Shown here piece by piece: positions 25,281-39,820 of a stretch of 64,000 nucleotides of DNA (within the stretch, counting starts at the first letter, position 1; each line of letters starts with the position of its first letter). Location of the stretch: positions 6,448,001 through 6,512,000 of the forward strand of contig OZ024749.1 in assembly GCA_964016885.1 (NCBI GenBank), read 5' to 3'. The stretch comes from Eledone cirrhosa (Eukaryota). The notes under the pieces were generated by a model. The model worked only from the letters and a program-made list of their open reading frames with translations, was not told the origin of the DNA and did not search any database. A program made the position numbers and the translations under genes.

Positions 25281-25585
25281 GTTAAACCCTTTGTTAATTA
25301 TGACCTAAATCCCTACAAATTCTTAATTATTGTCAACATGATTTGAAACTGATAGGCAGTGTATTTCTTTAGAAATATGGTAAAATAAAGACGGCAGACA
25401 TTGGGACGCCATGTCTCACTTTAAAATACGATACCTAAATATCAATTGGCTGACTGCCTGATTGATTGGTTGATCTGATTGGTTGGTTAATCTGATTGGT
25501 TGGTTGATTTGATAGAAATTGAGAAAATGTAGGTAAATGTAGTTTGTTTGTTGTGTTGTGTGTTGATTGTTATCATTTAATCACA

Positions 25586-26325
25586 TGTGATGATGGTGAT
25601 GGTAGTGATGGTGATGAGGATGGTGGCGATGGTGGTGATAGTGATGGTGATGGTAATGATGGAGATGATGATGGTGGTAGTGCTGATGGTGATGGTGGTG
25701 ATATTGATGGTGATGGTAATGATGGTGATGAGGATGGTAGTGCTGATGGTGATGGTGGTGATGGTGATGGTAGTGATGGTGATGAGGATGGTGGTGATGG
25801 TGATGGTGATGATAGCGATGGTGATGATAATGATGGTGATGATGATGGTGATGATGATGGTGATGAGGATGGCGGTAGTGGTGATGGTGGTGATAGTGAT
25901 TGTGATGGTAATGATGGTCATGATGATGGTGATAATAATGATGGTGATGATGATGATGGTGATGATAGTGTTGCTGGTGATGGTGATGATAATAATGATG
26001 ATGATGATGATAACATGGAGGCTCCTCACACAAATAAAAAAACAAGAAAAATGGTTGCTATCTCTTTCATAAATTACATTCACATTCACACACATATATA
26101 TATAATGTATATATATATATATAATGTATATATATATATATAATGTATATATATATAATGTATATATATATATAATGTATATATATATATAATGTATATA
26201 TATATAATGTATATATATATAATGTATATATATATAATGTATATATATATAATGTATATATATATATAATGTATATATATATAATATATAATGTATATAT
26301 ATATATAATGTATATATATATAAAT

Positions 26326-26367
<42 letters not shown>

Positions 26368-26544
26368 GTATATATATATATAAATATAATGTATATATAT
26401 ATATAAATACATATATATATATAATGTATATATATATATATATATAATGTATATATATATATATAATGTATATATATATGTATATATAAAATAACACATA
26501 TATTTATACATATATATAAATAACACACACACACACACACACAT

Positions 26545-26634
<90 letters not shown>

Positions 26635-26971
26635 ATATATAAATCCTCTATTTCAATCTGGAGCTAAATAAATAATTAAAAAATAAAAGGAACCCAAATA
26701 ACCTCGTTAAAATGTAATTGCCTTTCTTACTGTTTATCTAAGGAAATATCTAATTAGATGTAATCAGATTTTTAATACATTAAACAAGGGAAAAAACAAC
26801 AAAAGAAATATATATAAAACAATATAATTATGTGTATATATATATATACATGTATATATGTCCCACCCTTGCAAGCAGGGAAGAGCAGACATAAAATGAT
26901 GATGATGATGATGATATATATGTATATACATACAGGTATATATATATATATATATATATACATATATATAC

Positions 26972-27062
<91 letters not shown>

Positions 27063-27095
27063 CATATATATATATGTATATATATATACATATAC

Positions 27096-27192
<97 letters not shown>

Positions 27193-27211
27193 TATATATA
27201 CATATATATAC

Positions 27212-27242
<31 letters not shown>

Positions 27243-27243
27243 C

Positions 27244-27288
<45 letters not shown>

Positions 27289-27293
27289 TATAC

Positions 27294-27324
<31 letters not shown>

Positions 27325-27339
27325 TATACATATATATAC

Positions 27340-27370
<31 letters not shown>

Positions 27371-27385
27371 TATACATATATATAC

Positions 27386-27430
<45 letters not shown>

Positions 27431-27439
27431 TATATATAC

Positions 27440-27504
<65 letters not shown>

Positions 27505-27530
27505 TATATATATATATATATATATATAAT
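25586..27530. repeat. (GAT/GGT)n and very long (TA)n-rich microsatellites, with a short RTE-B tail at ~26860-26915
   Basis: Direct inspection. Confidence 0.93.
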
Positions 27531-27662
27531 GGTATTTCTTAACTCTAATTTCAATCAGGGGGAAGTTTTCCATTTTCCATACTCAGAAGAAATTGATTAC
27601 TACTACTATTACTACTACTACTACTACTACTACTGTTAATAATAATATTTATAACAATAATA

Positions 27663-27872
27663 GCTGTTTCTACTTTAGGCACAAGGCCAGCAATTTGAAG
27701 GGGAGGGGAATGTAGATGAAATCAACCCCAATGCATTACTGGTACTTTATTTTATTGACCCCGTAAGGATGAAAGACCAAGTTAACCTTGGCAGGTTTTG
27801 AACTCAGAACGTAAAGGGCCAAAACTCTCTGCCGCGAAGCATGTTGTCCGATGGCTAACCGTTACTGCCAAA
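27663..27872 (-). mobile_element. SINE family 1
   Basis: Core and A/B boxes on the minus strand. Confidence 0.85.
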
Positions 27873-27954
27873 TCTCCAGCTACTCTCCATTTTACTTCCA
27901 CTACAGAGACAACTACCACCACGACTACTACTACAAGCGTTAGTACTACTTATC

Positions 27955-28640
27955 ACCCTCATCCTTCGACTCCTCTGTGGGCAGTCGGAACTCTCTTGAG
28001 AATCCCCTTCCACACTGTTCGGTCCTGCATTGCTGTCCCTAGATCCCTTATGTCCAACCCTGAGTACCGAGCTATGGTGTCTGGGAAAGTCAGTTTTCGC
28101 GAAAAGACACACTGAGAGGGTATGCCACGAAAGGAGAGGCGAAATGATTTCTTTGTCTTCTCGATGACAGTGACCAGCAAACTGTAGTCTTTTTTGCTTG
28201 AGTCTGCAATCAGGTCAGTCTCTCTTGTAATGAGAGTAAGACAGAATATATCACAACCTCCCCTGAACAATTTGATTTGAAATCCCTCAATAATACCTTC
28301 ATCAAAAGGGTCGAGAACTTCAAATACCTTGGCATTCATGTCTTAGACTCCCAAAAAGGTTTCAACATCCATAAACCTCTGGCATGGGATGCGTGCAACA
28401 GGCTTGACAAGACTTGGCACTCAAAATGATCATCCTCCTTGAAAGTCTAAATCTTTCAAACATTGATTTAACCAGTACTACTATATGGATCAGAAACATG
28501 GACCTTATCTGTTCGTCTTGAGAGACGGCTGCATGTACCATATACAAATATGCTCAGAAGAATCAAGAACGTCAGCTGGAGAGCACATGCAACACTTGAA
28601 ACCATCTACGGAGATTTGATTCAAATATCCCTCAGTATTA
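27955..28640 (-). pseudogene. RTE-like LINE (distinct family) with an inverted 5' segment
   Basis: Minus 28212-27959 reads RLKQKRLQFAGHCHRE..RKLTFPDTIAR..MQDRTVW. Plus ~28250-28640 reads VENFKYLG..AWDACNRL..LLYGSETW..MLRRIKNVSW..IYGDLIQIS. Confidence 0.8.
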
Positions 28641-28669
28641 CCACTTCACATCCCATTATATTGAACACA

Positions 28670-29765
28670 AAAACAACTACTACTACTACTACTACTAACA
28701 TTACTAATGCTACTACTACTAATACAAACACTAACAGTTTACCCAGCCTTACTACTAACACTACATCAGTACCACTAATACTACTACAACAACCACCACT
28801 CATATTACTATTAATGCTACTATCACAACAGCATCAACCGGCACCACTACCTCCACCATCGCAACAAACACATAAACTACAACAACCCACTAATATTTCT
28901 ACTACTACCACATCAACAAGCATCACTACCTCCACCACCACCTACACTACTACCATTATCAACACCACCACTGCCACCATCACAACCACTACAACATCCA
29001 CCACCACAACAACATCCCCACCCATCACGACTACCACCGACACCACAACCACCACCACAACCACCACCCAGACCATCAAGCATCACCACTACCTACACCA
29101 TACCAATAACCACTACTGTTAATACCATAACTACACCACCACCACCACCATCACAACTATCACCGCCACCAACACCACCGATACCACTACCACCACCACC
29201 ACCATCACAACCACCACCACCATCCCAACCATCAATGCCACCAACACCACCAACACCACTATAAACACTACCACCACCATCACAACCACCACCACCACTA
29301 TAAACACTACTACCACCACCATTACTAACACCACCACCACCGCCGCCACCACCATCACCACCACCAACACCACTATAAACACTACCACCACCACCATCCC
29401 AACCGTCACTGCCACCAACACCACCAACACCACTATAAACACTACCACCACCACCACCATCCCAACCGTCACTGCCACCACCAACACCACTATAAACACT
29501 ACCACCACCACCACCATCCCAACCGTCACTGCCACCACCAACACCACTATAAACACTACCACCACCAATACCACCACCACACACCATCATGACTACCACC
29601 AACACCACCACAACAACCAGCAAAACAACCACTACCCCAACCACCAACACTACTACCACCACCATTACCACCACCACCACCACCACCACCACCACCGCCA
29701 CCACCACCACCACCACCACCACCACCAACACCACAGTAATTATAGTAACAACAATGACAACAATC
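28670..29765. repeat. (ACT/ACC)n low-complexity tract with an internal ~55-70-bp tandem repeat
   Basis: CCAACACCACTATAAACACTACCACC recurs between ~29250 and 29570. Confidence 0.88.
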
Positions 29766-29834
29766 AATCCATCAATCAAGTGTTTAAATAAAGCTGGCTT
29801 TAAAACTGAAATTACATTTCATGTAATGGAATTT

Positions 29835-29879
<45 letters not shown>

Positions 29880-30240
29880 TATGTATACGTACATACATAT
29901 ATGTATACAGACGTACAGTAGTATATATATATATATATATATACATACATACACCTATATATATATGTATGTATGGATTCACCGAACAAATGAGCAACGA
30001 TGGTTGCTAGACACTGTACAGCTTAATTCGGTGTGTTTGTTTACAAACACACCGAGCATTATAAAAAAAATGAATCCATACGTACATATATATATGTGTG
30101 CATGTATGTATATATATATATATATACATACTACTGTACGTCTGTATACATATATGTATGTACGTGTACATACTTATATTTAAGTAACAGCCGTACTAAG
30201 AGTGGGAAATGAAATTTTGTTTCATTTTTTCCGTTTATAT

Positions 30241-30680
<440 letters not shown>

Positions 30681-32157
30681 CAACTAAGTATGTTTTAAAA
30701 CTGAGCAAGTTTGAAATTAGAAATAGAAGCTTTTGCCGGATTTTTTACTAAAGAAATGTTAGCCTTATAATGGGGTTTAGAACCCTCAAAGAATGTACGG
30801 CAATACTCATCTTTTTCTATTTCTTAGAGGGTTCTAAACCCCACTATCAGGCTAAAATTCCTTTACAGCACTCACTGTAAATGAGGTTGGTGTTAGGAAG
30901 GGCATCCAGCTGTAGAAATCAAGCCAGAATCAGTTCCCGTATGATCAAGTCAAGGTCAGCCGACCGGACACTGCCCACAACAGAACTACCTGTCTAACCC
31001 ATGCTAGCGTGGAAGAACTGACGTAAAAAGGTGATGATGATGATGATATATATATATATAAGTATGTGTGTATTTGGAAGTGTATCTATATATATATATA
31101 TATAATAAATAAATAGATAAGCATGTGTGTTTCTGTATGTGGTTTATATATATATATATATATATAAAAAAAACGAAGGAATTGTGGTAAGGAACCAGAT
31201 GGACCATAACGCACCAAAGTACTCAATACTTAGGGTAGTAGAGTGGGTAATACTTGTTCCTATATATATATATATATATATATATACACTCTATGTATAC
31301 ACTCTGCTAATGTATTGAGTACTTTACTTACTGTCATTACCCGGCACCAGTGACATCACAACTCATTTCTGCAGCTGAGTAAACTGGAGCCGCGTGAAAT
31401 AAAGTGTCTTGCTCAAGAACACATCGCAAGATCAATGCTCTAACCACTAGGCCATGCATATATTTATAAATTACAGAATAATCAAAACTATGTTCAAAAC
31501 ATTTAATTGCAATAAAATGTTTTGAATATAGTTTTGATTATTCTGTAATTTATATTCTGGCTCTGCAAAACATCTTATTAGTAATAAGGTGGTAATGAAT
31601 TACTGACCTTTCCTGTTTATAATTATATATAGAGTATATATAAGTATAAATAATATTATTATTATTATTACATATATATATATCATCATCATCATCATTT
31701 TACGTCCACTTTTCCCTGCTTGCAAGGGTGGGACGGGAACTGATTCTGGCTTGATTTCTACAGCTGGATGCCCTTCCTAACACCAACCGCATTTACAGTG
31801 AGTGCTGGGTGCTTTTTTGCCGTGGCACCTCCACGACCACTTTACAGTGGAATGATAGGGACCCCAGGCCCTATCATCTCATCTCTACAGCTGAGTAAAC
31901 TGGAGCAATGTGAAATAAAGTGTCTTGCTCAAGGAAACAACACATCACCCGGTCTGAGAATATATATATATATATATATATATATGAGTATATATATATA
32001 TATATATGTATACATATATATAAGCAAAAGGGATATTCAATGTGTTGGTAATTCAACAAATATAAATGTTTATAACTGATTCTAAGCACTCGACAAGAAA
32101 AATTTGAACCATTAAGATCTCCTTCCTGGATATGTCAATATTTATAAAACAAACTTT

Positions 32158-32220
32158 GTATTTTATCTGATGAGAGCGTACCAAAGTTTTGGTACCCTTG
32201 AAATATATATAATAGAATAA
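32158..32220 (+). ncRNA. Minimal type-I hammerhead ribozyme motif
   Basis: Stem I TATTTTAT/ATAGAATA; CTGATGA at 32167; stem II GAG-C-GTACCAAA / TTTGGTAC-C-CTT; GAAA at 32200; palindromic stem III ATATATAT; AUA triplet. Confidence 0.75.
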
Positions 32221-32251
32221 ATATGGTTTCCATTTATTTAATATCATTGTG

Positions 32252-32282
<31 letters not shown>

Positions 32283-32433
32283 AACAAAGGAAATGTGGTA
32301 AGGAACCAGATGGACCATAACGCACCAGAGTACTCAATACTTAGGGTAGTAGAGTGGGTAATAGAGTCCAGATAATAGACTGTAGAAATAGCCGTCGAAA
32401 CAGCTTGAGCTCTGCCGTCGGGGTCATACATTT

Positions 32434-32526
<93 letters not shown>

Positions 32527-32551
32527 ATATATATATATATATTTATATATA

Positions 32552-32594
<43 letters not shown>

Positions 32595-32655
32595 AGATAT
32601 ATATATATATAAGATATATATATATATATATATACATAAGATATATATATATATA

Positions 32656-32722
<67 letters not shown>

Positions 32723-32780
32723 TATATAAGATATATATATACATATACATTTATATATATACAGATATATATATAAAGAT

Positions 32781-33323
32781 AGACGGTAGCCACGGAGTAG
32801 GCAGACCCAGAAAAACATGGGACGAGCTGATAAATTCCGACCTCACACGCTTACACCTCTCCAAGACAATGTCACTGGACCGAGACCTTTGGCGGTACTC
32901 AGTAATAGAGTAGACCCGCCTTACCTAAATACAAAGTAAAAACCTACTACAGTCAGTAGGCATCTCTACCAAAAACACACCCCCGTCCCACCACCTCCAC
33001 CCCATCCACACCGCCCCTTTCAATGTAAAGTTATGTTGGTCCCACAACATCCAGTCCGAAACAAATGAGATCGTGTAGGTGTCACGACAAAAAAACACAG
33101 TCCACGCTGTAATGTGGCCGTGTAGGCAACACGGTAAAAACCTCCCAGACCCACACTGTAAATGTGGTTGGTGTTAGGAAGGGCATCCAACTGTAGAAAA
33201 CCCGCCAGACAGTCCTATGCGATCAAGACAATCACTCTTGCCTCAAGTGGGAAAACCCCCGTCCAAACCCATGCAAGCGTGGAACACGGACGCTAAACCT
33301 GATGATGATGATGATGATGATGA
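32781..33323 (+). mobile_element. RTE subfamily A 3' end
   Basis: Matches 19240-19774. Confidence 0.92.
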
Positions 33324-33423
33324 TATATATATATATATATATAATCATCATCATCAAACAGTGAATGTGTCCTGTTATAATGTCTGGCAATATTATTACA
33401 ATAATATGACCCTCCCCAAGTAT

Positions 33424-33478
<55 letters not shown>

Positions 33479-33565
33479 ATTGGTGTGGGATGCTTAATTC
33501 ATCCGTATGCAGTAGGCCGTTTGAGCACTTTCTTATGTGATATATATCTATATATATCTATATAT

Positions 33566-33616
<51 letters not shown>

Positions 33617-33618
<2 letters not shown>

Positions 33619-33856
33619 ATCATCATCATCATCACCGTTTTACGTCCGTTCTTCCACGCTAGCATGGGTTAGACGGGTTGTCCTGTTGTGGGCAGTGTCT
33701 GGTCGGCTGACCATGCCTTGCTCATACAGGAACTGATCTGGCTTGATTTCTACAGCTGGATGCCCTTCCTAACACCAACCTCATTTACAGTGAGTGCTGG
33801 GTGCTTTTTCGTGGCGCCTACACGTCCACTTTACAGTGTGGGCTGGGTGCTTTTTT
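33617..33856 (-). mobile_element. RTE subfamily C 3'UTR fragment
   Basis: Reverse complement of ~35150-35388. Confidence 0.88.
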
Positions 33857-33910
33857 GTGTGTGTGTGATATATATATATATATATATATATACACCTCTA
33901 TTCTTTTAAC

Positions 33911-34048
<138 letters not shown>

Positions 34049-34811
34049 ATATATAGACATTTATATATATATATATATCACATAAGAAAGTGCTCAAACG
34101 GCCTACTGCATACGGATGAATTAAGCATCCCACACCAATTATATATATATATATTGTTATACTTGGGGAGGGTCATATTGTTGTAATAATATTGCCAGAA
34201 ATAATAACGGAACACACTCACTGTTTGGTTGGTTTTCGCTTCTGTATCTTTTATATCTCCACAGTTAATTCATTTGGTCCTCAATGTTTATCATTGACTG
34301 ACCAACGGTAAAAAATACAGATATAAACACATATATATAGTCTAACAAAGTTCTTCCATTGCACATCTACAGCATCATCAATGGTACTGTTATGTTTCCT
34401 CCTGTTGTATTGTACGTCTAAGCCATTTTTATTATATCTGTTTATTTATTAATTTATGTTTGTCTACTTCTCTGCCCATGCGTTTGTGTGTGTGTATAGT
34501 GTTTGGTGTGTTTGTTTGCGTTTCAGTGACTGTGTTTTGGTTATTGTATTGTATCTTAGTTTACTAGTGTGAGTTTGTATGTGTTTGTTGTTATTGTGCT
34601 TGTGTATATATTTATTTATTTATATATATTTCTCTTAAGTCAGTATTGTTTGTTTGGGTGTTGTTGTTATTCCATTCATTTTTTCTGTTTAGCTTTGGCC
34701 TTCTAAGCTCTATTTCGCTTGCCTCTCTCATATATATATATATATATATATTGAGGACCAAATGAATTAACTGTGGAGATATAAAAGATACAGAAGCGTA
34801 AACCAACCAAA

Positions 34812-35388
34812 CAGAGACTGAGCATAAGAGGAATCAAATGCTGCGTGCAGGAGAGGCGGTTACGCTGGTATGGACATGTGATGCGTATGAAGGATGACAG
34901 CTGCATAAAAAGGTGCAGAGCACTAGAAGTTGATGGAAACCGCGGAGTGGGGAGACCCAAGATGACTTGGGATGAGGTGATAAAAGCCGACCTTACCCAA
35001 CTACACCTCTCAAAGTCAATGACACACGACCGTGACTTCTGGCGTCACGCAGTAATACAGGGTACCCGACCTCCCATGGGTACATGCTGAAGCATATAAA
35101 CAATATGCCCCCCCCCCACCGCAAGGTGGTCGTGGAGGTGCCACGGCAAAAAAAGCACCCAGCCCACACTGTAAAGTGGATGTGTAGGCGCCACGAAAAA
35201 GCACCCAGCACTCACTGTAAATGAGGTTGGTGTTAGGAAGGGCATCCAGCTGTAGAAATCAAGCCAAATCAGTTCCTGTATGAGCAAGGCATGGTCAGCC
35301 GACCAGACACTGCCCACAACAGGACAACCCGTCTAACCCATGCTAGCGTGGAAGAACGGACGTAAAACGGTGATGATGATGATGATGA
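34812..35388 (+). mobile_element. RTE subfamily C 3' end
   Basis: QERRLRWYGHVMRMKDD..GRPKMTW followed by a distinct 3'UTR and (GAT)n. Confidence 0.92.
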
Positions 35389-35694
35389 TATATATATATA
35401 TTTTTATATATATTGGATAGAAATAAAATAAAAAGAAGGCAGAAGAAAAACCATCAAGTTATAAAGTTGTTGATAATGAAGTCTTATTGTTTCCTTGTCA
35501 GTAGTAATATCACTTAGATTACAATGTCATTTATGAGGTAATATCATTGAAAATGACTTTCACATCTCTCTCTCTATCTCTCTCTCTGGTTGTAGTTGAT
35601 GACATGGAATCAATGTAGTACAACAAGAAACTAGGTTTAACATCTCTGGATGAATAGTAAAAATAATACACAAATTCATATATATGTATGTATG

Positions 35695-35731
<37 letters not shown>

Positions 35732-35924
35732 AAATATATATGTATATATATACAGAGAGATAATAGAATTATGATTTAGCTTCAAGCATAGCTGTATATA
35801 GATATGTATTATAATTTTGTATTTCTAAAGCAACACAGTATTTTTATAGATAAACATTTTGAAAGCCGTAGCTCTGCAGAAACACTGTTGGGTATCACCC
35901 TCTGGTGGTGTCCATCAGAAGCAA

Positions 35925-35978
35925 GGGAGACAATCGTCGATGCATTTCGAACTGGTACTCATCAGGACGATCTCTCCC
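35925..35978 (-). ncRNA. Minimal type-I hammerhead ribozyme motif
   Basis: Minus strand: GGGAGA-G-ATCGTC CTGATGA GTACCAGTTC GAA ATGCAT C GACGAT-TG-TCTCCC. Stem I has 6+6 bp; palindromic stem III; AUC triplet; weak stem II. Confidence 0.75.
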
Positions 35979-36164
35979 ACTCTTGCAACTGCTGGACTTT
36001 GGAAAGAGCCGAGAATATATGGTTTTCTCGTCTGTGTAAACCTGGTGATTAATCTCATTTGCATATGAAGCTGTAAAAGTTCGCTCAACTTATAATAGAA
36101 AAGAAATAGGATTTAGCTTATAATAATAAACAAGACAGTTTCATTTCAGTTGTACATCTCTATT

Positions 36165-36240
36165 TATGTTGTTATACGTATTTCAAAGACATAAGGCAGT
36201 TCTATAACAACTGCCTTATGTGTTCTCTTCAGAGAAAAAC
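36165..36240 (-). ncRNA. Hammerhead motif in the left arm of an inverted repeat
   Basis: Minus strand: CTGAAGA (36232-36226), long stem II ACATAAGGCAGTT/AACTGCCTTATGT, then GAA ATACGTAT A; stem I weak. Confidence 0.65.
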
Positions 36241-36319
36241 CCAATCATATGCTTCCTTGTCAGTGAAGGGAATAACACGTAAGACCGGTAACATATCAAT
36301 GGATATTTACATCTCGTTT

Positions 36320-36400
36320 GAATGTTTGTCTGAAGAGAACATGTAGGGCAGTTGTTTTACAACTGCCTTACATCTTTGAAATACGTATAACTAAATAAAT
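36320..36400 (+). ncRNA. Hammerhead motif in the right arm of an inverted repeat
   Basis: CTGAAGA at 36330; 15-bp stem II; GAAA at 36378; palindromic stem III ATACGTAT; AUA triplet. Confidence 0.7.
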
Positions 36401-37014
36401 AGAGATGTACACATGAAACCGTCTTTCTTGTTTATTACTATTATTATTATTCTCATTACATACATATATACGTATATACATATGTCCGCTCCCTTGTCGT
36501 TTTAGTTCAGATTGCCACAAGAACGTAACCTTATTATGTAATGAAGCCTGGGCTTTATTTATAGTCATCGTGTTATAAAATATCCATTTACTTATAGATG
36601 CCTATAGTAGATTATTGTAGATAAAATGTTATATTGCTTTAATCCAAATGAAAATAAAAATTATATGTTGATACTCCCAAGGACTAATACTATTACCATG
36701 TCAAATTTTATTTGATTTGGTCGAGCCTTTGGGAATGCAAAGGAAAAGACAGACAGACAGAGAGATAAACATATTTATATGGAGAGATATATATATGCAT
36801 ATATGGAAAAATGCACGTAAAACGGTGATAATCATCATCATATGAGACTGTGAAGGAATAAGGTGAGTGTGGCGGGGATGCCCTCTAAAAAGGACTGGTC
36901 CAACCCATGCAAGAAGCATGAAAAAGCTGACATAAAAATGATGATTATAATTTATATATATATATATATATATAAATGAAAAGTATAGAAATTATTGTAG
37001 CAAGAAGCCAACAG

Positions 37015-37110
<96 letters not shown>

Positions 37111-37349
37111 ATATATAGTTAAAAGAATAGAGGTGTAACACACAAGTTATTATATATTGGTAAACGGAGTAGAAAATGCTGACAAATTGTTCACAGTTGA
37201 AAAATGGTTTAATTAGGAATAAAAGAGTATTAGTAATTGTATGGGTTAGTATTCAGTTGTGGTTTTTAAGTTTTTACCGGTTGCGCATCTCTAAATGCTT
37301 TTCAAAAATAATTTTGAGATAGAGTGTCCGTGTTGTTTGCTCTGATCTG

Positions 37350-37620
<271 letters not shown>

Positions 37621-37993
37621 ACATTTATATAAATCTAACATTGAATTCTACATATTTGGATTATTAGTGATGTTAGTTCAAATAATAATTTACAATCTAG
37701 CTGAATATTGAATATAATCTTCACAATTTATCTATATTTATCTTCAGCTTTTTATTTAATTAGTTTGCATCTTACATTGAGAAGTGAGAAAAAGACAAAA
37801 AAAAATTAAAATTGAATTACAAATTATTAATTATTAATTATTTAGCAATAATAGAGTATTCTTTATCATCAACATCATCAATGCTTTATTGCTTCTTCCA
37901 CGGCTGGTATGGGTTGGGTAGGTTGTGACACTTGAAGTTACATTTTATTTCAACTTATTCCTCAACACACATATATATACTTGATAAGAGCAG

Positions 37994-38039
<46 letters not shown>

Positions 38040-38448
38040 AGAGTATTGAAGTTTGCTTGAAGCATTGTGGAACAATAAGTAAATATCTTTAAGTCGTTTG
38101 GAAGCCTCGACAATGCAAATATTCAAAACATCAAACAACGAAGGACGCGTTCCAGACTTGTCCGACAGACAACCTTTTCCTCCACCCCGGAAAAAAACCC
38201 CAGTTGATGGATGTGAATCCGAAATATATAGGGACTATTAAATCTCTCCCAAGGTAACTCTCTCTTGTGTTGTTATTTTTATTTTATCCTTTATACTCTT
38301 CCCTTCATTCTTCACATCTCACACATCTTATACACACCACGCATCTCAACGTACACCCACTTACATCTCTCTCTCCACCACCGGACCTTGTTACCCGGAG
38401 ATTTACCCATTTGCATTGTCGAGGCTTCCAAACGACTTAAAGATATTT

Positions 38449-38502
<54 letters not shown>

Positions 38503-38538
38503 CGAGAGAGAGAGAGAGAGAGAGATAATTATATATAT

Positions 38539-39820
38539 TTACCATATTTTTCAGAATATAAGACACACTGGAATATAGAACCCACTCTAAATTTAACATG
38601 AATATCCAGGAAAAGTAAAACTAAGGGGAGTTAACACTATTAAAATTTTAATCATTTTCAAATCTTATAAAATCATGTCTACTGTCACCCTCATTGATTT
38701 CCTGGCTGTCAACCTCATTGATTTCCTGGCTGTCACCCTCACTGATTTCCTGGCTGTCACCCTCATTGATTTCCTGGCTGTCACCCTCATTGATTTCCTG
38801 GCTGTCACCCTCATTGATTTCTTGGTTGTCACCCTCATTCCTGGCTGTCACCCTCATTGATTTCTTGGCTGTCACCCTCATTGATTTCCTGGCTGTCACC
38901 CTCAATGATTTCCTGGATGTCACCCTAATTGATTTCCTGGCTGTCATCCTCATTGATTTCTTGGCTGTCACCCTCATTGATTTCCTGGCTGTCACCCTCA
39001 TTGATTTCCTGGCTGTCACCCTCATTGATTTCCTGGCTGTCATCCTCATTGATTTATTGGCTGTCACCTTCATTGATTTCTTGGCTGTCACCGTCATTGA
39101 TTTCCTGGCTGTCACCCTCATTGATTTCTTGGCTATCACCCTCATTGATTTCCTGGCTGTCACCGTCATTGATTTCTTGGCTGTCACCCTCATAGATTTC
39201 CTGGCTGTCACCCTCACCCAGTTCCTGAAATTCATCATCTTCCACACATTCCTTGGGGGACATCACTGTCTCCAGAATCACTTGTGTCACTATCATTATA
39301 CAGAACACTCATCTTTGGTGTCATCTAGGGCATTGCTGATGTCACATTTTTTTAAAGCTTTTATAACTGTCTTGGTTTTCACAGCACCCCACAAGTTTTT
39401 CACCCACTGGGTTACCTGGGAAAATGTAGACCCCCTCATACGTCCTGTTGGTGTCAGTTCATGTTGTTGGTCCTTCATCCAATTATACCATTCCTCTCTC
39501 ATGTGTGCCATAAAAGCTTTGTTTAGTGAAATACCAAGGGGCTGTAATTGAGAAGTCCATCAGGTATGACAGTTATTTCAATATTTAAGTTCTTTACCCT
39601 CCTTACTGTATTCTCAGCCATATGTGCACGATTTGGGTCCCAAACAAGAAGGTATACTTTTGAAAATTTAAACAAAAGTCTAAATATTTCCTACTTGGCA
39701 ATTATAAAATGTTTACATATGGTAACTGTCCCAAACTTGACCTTCGCCTTATAAGACGCACAGTTATTTTGAGGGTCAAATGTTGGAAAAAAATGTGTGT
39801 CCTATATTCCGAAAAATACA
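38539..39820 (-). mobile_element. pogo/Tigger-like DNA transposon, internally deleted, with a DDE_1 transposase remnant
   Basis: TIRs TACCATATTTTTCAGAATATAAGACACAC / GTGTGTCCTATATTCCGAAAAATACA. Minus translation LVWDPNRAH..VIPDG/..LQPLGISLNKAF..WYNWM..TPTGR..WVKNLW..KKCDISNALDDTKD is typical of POGK-like transposases. Confidence 0.85.
38680..39215. repeat. 24-bp minisatellite (about 22 copies) inside the pogo acidic tail
   Basis: Unit TCATTGATTTCCTGGCTGTCACCC, encoding EGDSQEIN on the minus strand. Confidence 0.95.

Noticed and set aside
25544-27639. Poly-His, poly-Asp/Gly and YI-repeat ORFs
   Set aside because: These are microsatellite translations.
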